NCBI GenBank assembly: GCA_949948775.1 | Contig: CATLHC010000002.1 | Coordinates: 20,211 to 84,210, forward strand | From: an uncultured Oscillospiraceae bacterium | GTDB lineage: Bacteria; Bacillota; Clostridia; Oscillospirales; Oscillospiraceae | DNA length: 64,000 nt | Direction: 5' to 3' | Part shown: in pieces, positions 1-7,373 of the stretch | How positions within the stretch are numbered: the first letter of the stretch is position 1 | Layout: every line of letters starts with the position of its first letter | Position numbers and translations under genes: made by a program | The notes under the pieces: generated by a model | Told to the model about the DNA's origin: nothing | Database searches by the model: none | The model's input: only the letters and a program-made list of their open reading frames with translations

Positions 1-666
1 AGCTTCGCCCAGGTGGACGACATCGTCAGCGAAGGCATTCTCACCCTGCTCAGCTCCATCGACAAGTTTGACCCGGACAAGGGCATCAAGTTTGAGACCT
101 ACGTGGCCAAGCGCATCCGGGGGATGGTCATCGACTTGGCCCGGAAGCAGGACTGGCTGCCCCGGAACATCCGGCAGCGGGCCAAGGAGATCGACACCGC
201 CGTGTCCCACCTGGCCAACGAGCTGGGGCGCTTCCCCACCGACCAGGAGGTGGCCGCCCACCTGGGCGTTGCCACCGACAAGTACCAGAAGGAGGCCGCC
301 AGGGTGGCGCTGAGCAACACCCTGTCCCTGGACGCGCTGATGGACGCCAGAGACCTGGAGGGCTATCGCTTCGAGGTGTCCACCGAGGATCCCACCGTCC
401 AGCCTGAGACGGTGCTGGAGGATCAGGAACTCCAGGAGACTCTGGCCGCGGGTATCGCCGCGCTGCAGGAAAACGAACAGATTGTGCTGTCCCTCTATTA
501 CGAGAAGAACCTTCACATGAAGGAGATCGCCCAGGTGATGGGAGTCAGTGAGCCCCGCATCTCCCAGATCCACTCCCGGGCCATCCAGAAGCTGCGGGAG
601 CACATGGGCACATACATGAACAGCGAAGCCCCCCAAAAACCATCCAAAAAGCGGAAGAAGGCATGA
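1..666 (+). CDS. fliA: Flagellar RNA polymerase sigma-28 factor (FliA/SigD/WhiG family), 5' end outside window
   Basis: DKFDPDKGIKFETYVAKRIRGMVID..RKQDWLPR (region 2) and VLSLYYEKNLHMKEIAQVMGVSEPRISQIHSRAI (region 4); frame open back to the window edge. Confidence 0.95.
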   Translation, partial: SFAQVDDIVSEGILTLLSSIDKFDPDKGIKFETYVAKRIRGMVIDLARKQDWLPRNIRQRAKEIDTAVSHLANELGRFPTDQEVAAHLGVATDKYQKEAARVALSNTLSLDALMDARDLEGYRFEVSTEDPTVQPETVLEDQELQETLAAGIAALQENEQIVLSLYYEKNLHMKEIAQVMGVSEPRISQIHSRAIQKLREHMGTYMNSEAPQKPSKKRKKA

Positions 667-672
667 TGTAAG

Positions 673-1431
673 ATGTTTAAAGGCTTTTATAACCTGACCT
701 CCGGCATGTACACCCAGCAGCAGAATTTAAACGTGGTGGGCAATAACCTGGTCAACGTGTCCACCGCGGGCTTCAAACAGAGCCGGTACACCGCCAGCAC
801 CTTTGACGACGTGATGTACACCCGGGTGGGCAACAAGGAGAAGCTGTATACCGACATCGGCCGGCAGAGCTACATCCGGGCCAACAGCGACATCTACGTG
901 GACTACACCCAGGGCGTCCCCGAGCCCACCAACATCCCACTGGATTTCGCCATCATGGGAGACGGCTTCTTTGCCATTCAGCGGGAGGAGGAGGGCGACA
1001 CCGTCTACACCCGGGCGGGCAGCTTCTCTCTGGACGACGAGGGCTACCTGTGTTTCCCCGGCGTGGGCTATGTGCTGGACCCCGACGGCGAGCGCATCCA
1101 GCTGCGCACCGACAAGCTGGATGTGGATCAGAGAGGAAACATTTATCAAAAAGACAACGGCGGTTATCTGGGCACCGTGGGCGTGTATGGCTTTGACGAT
1201 TTGGAGCAGCTGGAGCACAACGACGCGGGCTTCTTCACCGGCCAGGGCGCCCAGGCCGTGGAAAACCCCTCTGTGATGTGGAAGTACCTGGAGCGGTCCA
1301 ACGCCGATATGGTCCAGCAGATGACGGAGATGCTCACCTGCCAGCGGGCGCTGCAGAGCTGCGCCACGGTGACCAAGATGTACGATGAAGTCATGGGCCA
1401 CGCCGTCAGCGACGTGGGCCGGATGGGATGA
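673..1431 (+). CDS. Flagellar hook-basal body rod protein (FlgF/FlgG/FlhO-like)
   Basis: N-terminal VGNNLVNVSTAGFK, PLDFAIMGDGFF, YTRAGSF, C-terminal LERSNADMVQQMTEM..QRALQ. Confidence 0.92.
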   Translation: MFKGFYNLTSGMYTQQQNLNVVGNNLVNVSTAGFKQSRYTASTFDDVMYTRVGNKEKLYTDIGRQSYIRANSDIYVDYTQGVPEPTNIPLDFAIMGDGFFAIQREEEGDTVYTRAGSFSLDDEGYLCFPGVGYVLDPDGERIQLRTDKLDVDQRGNIYQKDNGGYLGTVGVYGFDDLEQLEHNDAGFFTGQGAQAVENPSVMWKYLERSNADMVQQMTEMLTCQRALQSCATVTKMYDEVMGHAVSDVGRMG

Positions 1432-1442
1432 GGTGAGGCGGC

Positions 1443-2192
1443 ATGAATCAATCCTTTTATACCGGCGCCGTGGGCGCTTCCATGCAGATGAAGCGGATGA
1501 ATATCATCGGCGACAACGTGGCCAACCTGAACACCTTTGGTTTCAAGGCGAACCGCACCGACTTCAGCGCCCTGCTGTATCAGGATCACCGGGGCATCGA
1601 GGACGACCTGCCCATGGGCGTGGGCACCCGGATTCTGATGACCTCCACCAACCACGCGCAGGGTTCGGTGGAGGACTTTGGGCGCACCACAGACTACATG
1701 ATCGAGGGCGACGGCTTCTTCGCCCTGGTGGACCTGGCCACCGGACAGGTGGACTACACCCGCAACGGCGCGTTTGTCATGGTCAGCCGGGAGCAGCCCA
1801 CCGGTGAGACCGATGAGAACGGCCAGCCAGTCACCGACCTGGTCTACTATTTGGGCGACAACGAGGGCCGCTTTGTCCTGAGCAACGTGGGCGGGCTGAT
1901 CCAGGTGGACCAGGACACCGTCAAGGAGGAGCAGCCCATCGGTGTCTTCGACTTCATCAACTATGACGGCATGCAGCAGATTGACGATACCCGCTACCTG
2001 CCGATTGACAAAAACGGCAACCTGGTCTATGGCACCGGCAAGCTGGTCCAAGGAGTGGTGGAGGGGTCCAACGCCGATCTGGCAGAGGAGTATACCAAGC
2101 TCATCGAATCTCAGCGGGCATACGGCTTGGCGTTGAAGATGGTTCAGACCTCCGATGAGATCGAGAGCACAATCAACGGCCTGCGCAGCTGA
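1443..2192 (+). CDS. Flagellar hook-basal body rod protein (FlgG/FlhP-like)
   Basis: GDNVANLNTFGFK, EGDGFF, YTRNGAF, EGSNADLAEEYTKLIESQRAY. Confidence 0.92.
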   Translation: MNQSFYTGAVGASMQMKRMNIIGDNVANLNTFGFKANRTDFSALLYQDHRGIEDDLPMGVGTRILMTSTNHAQGSVEDFGRTTDYMIEGDGFFALVDLATGQVDYTRNGAFVMVSREQPTGETDENGQPVTDLVYYLGDNEGRFVLSNVGGLIQVDQDTVKEEQPIGVFDFINYDGMQQIDDTRYLPIDKNGNLVYGTGKLVQGVVEGSNADLAEEYTKLIESQRAYGLALKMVQTSDEIESTINGLRS

Positions 2193-2213
2193 TTAGAGAT
2201 AGGAGGAAGTTGA

Positions 2214-2840
2214 ATGGCGATCAAAAACTACGACGAGCTGAACTCGCTGGAGCTGGACACGCTTCGGGAGATCGGCAGCGTCGGCACCGGCAACGCCGCC
2301 ACCGCCCTTTCCCAGATGCTGGGGCGGACCGTGCGCATCACGCTGCCCGAGGTGCGCATCATGGAGTATAACGAGGCCATTGAGTGGATCGGCGGCCCGG
2401 AGGAGATCACCGCCGGTGTGCTGGTGAAGCTCAGCGGGCAAATGAGCGGCATCATGCTGTCGGTGCAGCCTCTGGAATTTGTCAACATCGTACTGGAGAG
2501 CATGATGGGGAAATCGGTGACGGATTACAGCCAGCTCACCGAGATGGAGCACTCCGCCTTGGTGGAGGTGGGCAACATCATGATCTCCACCTTCATCAAC
2601 GCGCTGAGCGGACTGGCCGGTATGGACGTGAACCTTACGGTGCCCGCCTTCACGGTGGATATGCAAGGGGCCATCCTGGCTGTGCCCATGGCGGAGTACG
2701 GCGGACAGTCCGACTACATCATGACCATCGGAGGCAATTTTGTGAGCGAGGATAAGCAGGTTCCCTGCCGCCTGCTGATGTCCCCGGACCTCCGGTCTTT
2801 GAATGTTTTATTGAGGAAGCTGGGCGTGAGCGATGGCTGA
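2214..2840 (+). CDS. cheC: CheY-P phosphatase CheC
   Basis: DTLREIGSVGTGNAATALSQML and SALVEVGNIM CheC motifs; overlaps cheD start. Confidence 0.95.
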   Translation: MAIKNYDELNSLELDTLREIGSVGTGNAATALSQMLGRTVRITLPEVRIMEYNEAIEWIGGPEEITAGVLVKLSGQMSGIMLSVQPLEFVNIVLESMMGKSVTDYSQLTEMEHSALVEVGNIMISTFINALSGLAGMDVNLTVPAFTVDMQGAILAVPMAEYGGQSDYIMTIGGNFVSEDKQVPCRLLMSPDLRSLNVLLRKLGVSDG

Positions 2841-3315
2841 GGACAAGATCACCATCGGCATCGCGGACATGAAGATGGCCAAGGGACAGGGCATGTTGGT
2901 CACCTACGCGCTGGGGTCCTGCATTGGTATCTGCCTGCACGATCCGGCCCTCAAGCTGGGGGCTTTGGTGCATATCATGCTGCCGATCAATATGGAGGCG
3001 GGCCGTAAAAACCCGATGAAATATGCCGATACGGGGATCAAAGAGACCTTGAAGCAGATGGAGGCCAGAGGCGCCAGCCGCTCCAGAATTACCGCCAAGA
3101 TCGCCGGCGGGGCTATGATGTTTAAGGACGGCAGCGGCACCATAGGCAATATCGGGCAGAGAAATATCGAAAGTGTCAAGCTCAACCTGAAAAAAGAGGG
3201 GATCCGTCTGTTAAAGGAGGATGTGGGCGGCTCGGTGGCCCGGACCCTGCTCTTCGACGTGAACAGCGGCCTGGGCTGCATACGCTGCTACGGCCGGAAA
3301 GAACTTATCATTTGA
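2833..3315 (+). CDS. cheD: Chemoreceptor glutamine deamidase CheD
   Basis: TYALGSCIGICL..HIMLP..KYAD..AKIAGGA..NIGQRN..EDVGG motifs. Confidence 0.96.
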   Translation: MAEDKITIGIADMKMAKGQGMLVTYALGSCIGICLHDPALKLGALVHIMLPINMEAGRKNPMKYADTGIKETLKQMEARGASRSRITAKIAGGAMMFKDGSGTIGNIGQRNIESVKLNLKKEGIRLLKEDVGGSVARTLLFDVNSGLGCIRCYGRKELII

Positions 3316-3345
3316 GACCGCGCAAGCGGAAAGGGAGTGTTGGAA

Positions 3346-4278
3346 ATGATGGAAGACAACAAGCAGGGCATTCTGTTGGAGTCCGGTACCAATGAGATCG
3401 AAGTGATGAAATTCACCATTGGCGGCAATCTGTACGGCATCAATGTGGCCAAGGTGCTGGAGATCATGATCTCCGCGCCGGTGAAGCCCATGCCCCTGTC
3501 CCACCCGGCGGTGGAGGGGATCTTTAAACCCCGGGACACGGTAATCACCGTGGTGGACCTGCCCAAGTACCTGGGAGTGGACAGCCCCAAGGATGAGAAG
3601 GACATCTTCATTGTCACCAACTTCAACAAGATGTGCATCGCCTTCCGGGTGCATACTGTGGACCGCATCAGCCGCATTTCCTGGACGGACATTTCCAAGC
3701 CGGACAAGACCGTGTCCGGCGGCGCGGAGAGCGTGGCCACCGGCATCGCCCAGTGCGACGGCGAGCTGGTCACCATCCTGGACTTCGAGCGCATCGTGGC
3801 CGAGATCGCTCCGGAGACCTCCATCCAGATCTCCGAGGTGGAGCAGATGGGTCCCCGGGCCCGCAATGAAAAGCCCATCTGGATTGCGGAGGATTCGGTC
3901 CTGCTCAGCAAGATGATTGAGGACTCTCTGCGCAAGGCCAACTATGTGAACCTGCATATGTTCCCCAACGGTCTGGAGCTGTGGGAGGCTTTGAGCGCCC
4001 TGCCCCAGGGGGAGGACCCGGTCCGCGACGTAGCCCTGATTATCACCGACATTGAGATGCCCCAGATGGACGGCCACCGGCTGACGAAGCTGGTCAAGGA
4101 GAGCACCAGCCGCTTTAAGGAAGTTCCGCTGATCATTTTCTCCTCCCTCATCAGCGAGGAGATGCGCCTGAAGGGCCGGGACCTGGGGGCGGACGAGCAG
4201 CTTACCAAGCCGGAGATCGGACATCTGGTGGACGTGATGGATCGCCTGCTTGCGCGCTACGAACAGACCCACGGCTAA
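3346..4278 (+). CDS. cheV: Chemotaxis protein CheV (CheW + receiver domains)
   Basis: ILLESGTNEIE..YGINVAKVLEI CheW domain; AEDS..ITDIEMPQMDGHRL..FSSL..KP receiver; ATG at 3346 after GGGAG. Confidence 0.95.
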   Translation: MMEDNKQGILLESGTNEIEVMKFTIGGNLYGINVAKVLEIMISAPVKPMPLSHPAVEGIFKPRDTVITVVDLPKYLGVDSPKDEKDIFIVTNFNKMCIAFRVHTVDRISRISWTDISKPDKTVSGGAESVATGIAQCDGELVTILDFERIVAEIAPETSIQISEVEQMGPRARNEKPIWIAEDSVLLSKMIEDSLRKANYVNLHMFPNGLELWEALSALPQGEDPVRDVALIITDIEMPQMDGHRLTKLVKESTSRFKEVPLIIFSSLISEEMRLKGRDLGADEQLTKPEIGHLVDVMDRLLARYEQTHG

Positions 4279-4305
4279 GGACAGACCAGATAGGAGGCAG
4301 TTTCT

Positions 4306-5604
4306 ATGAGCGGCAGATATATCGTGCGGCAACCCATTCGCGATGCTGCGGGCAATACTCTCGGGCAAGAGATTCTATACCACGGGGCCAACCAGGCCTT
4401 CAGCAGCGACAGCTCCACTTCCAGCGCGGAATTTGCCGCCGCCAACACCATCTACAACTTTTTGACCGACAACAGCCCCAAGGTGCTGAAGGGCACTTTG
4501 AATTTCATGACCTTTACCACCATGCTGCTGATGAAAAAAACCCCCCGGCTGTTTGACAAGAGCGATCTGGTGATTCAGATCGACGACGCGGTCATCATTC
4601 ATCCCCTGTCCATGCACCTGGTGCAGCAGTACGTTAAGGAGGGCTACCGCGTTGCGGTGAACGACTTCCAGTTCACCCCCCGGTATCTCTCCCTGCTGGA
4701 CGACATCCATTTCATCAAGATCAACGGCAAGACCGCCACCGAGGTCACGATGCGCAATACGGTTGAGATTGCCCACAGCATGAACATCAAGTGCATTGTT
4801 ACCAACATTGACGACGCCAAGCTTTACCAGCAGGCGGTGACTCTGGGCGCGGATGGCCTGGAGGGCCCCTATGTGGCCGACAAGCTCACCACCAAGGCCC
4901 ACAGCAGCGCCTACATCCAGAGCAATTTCTTCCAACTGATGGTGGCGGTCACCAAGGATGAGCCCAACGTGGACGAGATTCAGCAGATGATCGCCGCCGA
5001 CGCCAGCCTGTCCTACGGCCTGCTGAAGATGGTCAACTCCGCTTACTTTGCCCTGCGCCACCGGGCCACCACCATTACTCAGGCCATCATGACCCTGGGT
5101 CTGGGGCAGCTGAAGCAGTGGATCTATCTGCTCAGCGCCAGCAACGCGGAAAATGAAATAGAGCCGGAGTCGGAGGAGTTCCTGAAGCGCTCCTTTATGC
5201 GGGCCAATTTTTGCAGTGAGCTGATGAACTATGCCAAGAATATGCCCATCTCCAAGTCGGAGGCTTACCTCATGGGCATGTTCTCCACCCTGAACTACCT
5301 CATCGACGCCCCTATGGATGAGATTTTGGAGGAGGTTCCGGTGGCCGACGAGATTAAGGCCGCTCTGCTGCGTCACGAGGGGCGCTGCGGCATGCTGTAT
5401 GACCTGGTGCTCAGCTATGAGTCCGCCGACTGGGAGCGCATCACCAAGCTGGCGGAGGAGCTGGGGATTCCGGACAACATGATGACCAGCGTTTATTTCA
5501 TTTGCATGGAGAATGTGGACAGTCTCTGGGAGCAGCTCACCAATCCCTATCCCCAGCAGCAGCCCGCCGCCGAAACCGTGCCGCAGGGCGGAGCGGGGAC
5601 ATAA
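4306..5604 (+). CDS. EAL + HDOD domain protein (YuxH/PdeH-like), EAL domain degenerate
   Basis: RQPI...EIL EAL-like N-terminus; DASLSYGLLKMVNSAYF..ITQAIMTLG..YLMGMFS HDOD domain. Confidence 0.88.
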   Translation: MSGRYIVRQPIRDAAGNTLGQEILYHGANQAFSSDSSTSSAEFAAANTIYNFLTDNSPKVLKGTLNFMTFTTMLLMKKTPRLFDKSDLVIQIDDAVIIHPLSMHLVQQYVKEGYRVAVNDFQFTPRYLSLLDDIHFIKINGKTATEVTMRNTVEIAHSMNIKCIVTNIDDAKLYQQAVTLGADGLEGPYVADKLTTKAHSSAYIQSNFFQLMVAVTKDEPNVDEIQQMIAADASLSYGLLKMVNSAYFALRHRATTITQAIMTLGLGQLKQWIYLLSASNAENEIEPESEEFLKRSFMRANFCSELMNYAKNMPISKSEAYLMGMFSTLNYLIDAPMDEILEEVPVADEIKAALLRHEGRCGMLYDLVLSYESADWERITKLAEELGIPDNMMTSVYFICMENVDSLWEQLTNPYPQQQPAAETVPQGGAGT

Positions 5605-5611
5605 AAGGATA

Positions 5612-5658
5612 AAAAATCTCTGGCGGACCGATTCGTCCGCCAGAGATTTTGGCTTTTT
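5612..5658. terminator. Bidirectional intrinsic terminator between convergent HDOD and ComFB genes
   Basis: AAAATCTCTGGCGGAC-cgattc-GTCCGCCAGAGATTTT inverted repeat flanked by A/T runs. Confidence 0.85.
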
Positions 5659-6359
5659 CAGTCCCGACTGTGGTGGGGGGTGGCATGGACCACCTTGCAG
5701 GCCTGGAGCAGCTGGGCCGTGATATCGCTGCTGAACTTGCCCTCGTACACGCTCAGGCGGGGGACCCGGTCGCCCGGCTCCAGCACCACATATTTGGGGG
5801 GCAGATGATTCAGAGTATAGGCCTTCACGTCCTCCATGCACCGCCGGCAGGAGCACAGGCCGAACATCTCCACATATTTGGGGGCCTTCTCCTCCACGAG
5901 CACCTGCATGACGTTGATGTAGCCGGGGTTTTCCGGCTCAAGCGGTTCCTCCCACCGGGTGGTCGCTTCGGGCACGGGTTCCGCAGCGGGAACGAATTCG
6001 GGCTGGGACTCCGGCTCGGGCTGGGGGACGGGCGCGGCGGCTTGAACCGGCTCGGGCTGAGGCGCGGGCGCCGCGGGCTGGACGGGTTCCGGCTGAGGCT
6101 CGGGCTGGGGCTGAGGCTGGGACTCGGGCTGCGGCGCTGTGGGCTGCGGGCTGAACTCCCCTTCCAGAGCGTCCTCCAGGGCGTTCTTGATCTGCACCGA
6201 TACGGCGGCGTCGGGCGCCATGGAGGTGACAATGGGGGGAACGGGGGCCGCGGGGGTGGCAGGACCCCCGGCTGCGGCCTCTTCGGCGGCGGGGTCCGGC
6301 TTCTTGCTCAGCAGGCTCATCACCCGCGCGGTTTTACTGGTCTTGTCCTTAGATGCCAT
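5658..6359 (-). CDS. ComFB-domain protein with N-terminal basic peptide and Pro/Gln/Glu-rich linker
   Basis: C-terminal INVMQVLVEE...CSCRRCMEDVKAYTLNHLPPKYVV...VHATPHH matches the ComFB pattern (CxCxxC..D....LN.LPPKY..PxH). Confidence 0.85.
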   Translation of the reverse strand: MASKDKTSKTARVMSLLSKKPDPAAEEAAAGGPATPAAPVPPIVTSMAPDAAVSVQIKNALEDALEGEFSPQPTAPQPESQPQPQPEPQPEPVQPAAPAPQPEPVQAAAPVPQPEPESQPEFVPAAEPVPEATTRWEEPLEPENPGYINVMQVLVEEKAPKYVEMFGLCSCRRCMEDVKAYTLNHLPPKYVVLEPGDRVPRLSVYEGKFSSDITAQLLQACKVVHATPHHSRD

Positions 6360-6376
6360 GATGCGATGCTCCTTAC

Positions 6377-7189
6377 TCAGTTGAAAAATTTAGAGATATA
6401 TTTTTGCTTAAAACTCTGTTTTGGCCGGGGGAAGCGCTCGCCGGCCACCGCGTCTACGATCTCTTGAAAGTCCTGGGCCGGTCGGGAGTCGGGCTGATAG
6501 GTGAGCACGCTCTGCCCGTGGGCCGGCGCCATAGCCACGCCTACGCCGCGGTGGATTTTGGCCTGGAACACCTGGCTGCCCAGCTGGCTGGCCACCTCCT
6601 GAGCCAGCTCCAGGATATCTTTGGAGAGCGTGAGCCGCCCGTTGAATTTGTTGATGAGAATGCCAATGACCTTTAGGTGGGGATTGAAGGCGTCCCGCAC
6701 GGTCTCAATGGTCTCTTGGAGCTGGGTGACGCCCACCAGGCTGAGCACCTCCGCCTCCATGGGAACAATGAGTCCGTCGGAGGCCACGTAGGCGTTGACG
6801 GTGAGGATATTCAGCGCCGGCGGCGTGTCGATGATGATGAAGTCATACTTAGAGCGCACGCCGGTGAGCAGATCGCTGAGCATGAACTCCCGGCGGGGGG
6901 CGGTGAACTCCACCTCCGCAGCGGACAGCATGATGTCCGAGGGCAACACGTCGCCGTACTCGGTGGACGCGGTGGCTTCCTCGATGGAGCAATTCCCTTT
7001 AAACACGTCGTACACGGTACTGCTGGAGCCGATATCCAGCCCCAGGGTGAAGCCCAGGTTGCCCTGAGGGTCCAGATCGATGCCCAGAACCTTGGCGCCG
7101 CGCTGGTGAAGACCGCACACCAGAGCCGAGGCGGTGGTGGTTTTGCCCACGCCTCCTTTTTGATTTGTGACAGTGATGATCTGAGTCAA
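6377..7189 (-). CDS. ParA/Soj-family ATPase (orphan, no adjacent parB)
   Basis: Deviant Walker A NQKGGVGKTTT, DLDPQGN, IIDTPPAL; probable TTG start at 7189 after AAGGAAGGG (ORF extends to 7210). Confidence 0.92.
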   Translation of the reverse strand: MTQIITVTNQKGGVGKTTTASALVCGLHQRGAKVLGIDLDPQGNLGFTLGLDIGSSSTVYDVFKGNCSIEEATASTEYGDVLPSDIMLSAAEVEFTAPRREFMLSDLLTGVRSKYDFIIIDTPPALNILTVNAYVASDGLIVPMEAEVLSLVGVTQLQETIETVRDAFNPHLKVIGILINKFNGRLTLSKDILELAQEVASQLGSQVFQAKIHRGVGVAMAPAHGQSVLTYQPDSRPAQDFQEIVDAVAGERFPRPKQSFKQKYISKFFN

Positions 7190-7229
7190 GGAATATTCCC
7201 TTCCTTTCACAAAAACTTGGGGAAAAGTC

Positions 7230-7257
7230 TTAAGTTTAATATACTACAGGTCGATAA
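7230..7257 (+). promoter_or_regulatory. Sigma-28 promoter of fliD-fliS operon
   Basis: TTAAGTTT-N12-GTCGATAA upstream of fliD. Confidence 0.75.
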
Positions 7258-7373
7258 AAAAGAACAGAGGTACGGCGAAAAAACTGTGAAAAAATTTTTA
7301 GAAATTTTCCCGTTGATTAGGCTTGGGACGGGGCATTCCGCCCATAAGTTTGGATAGAAAGGAGCGATCCGAG

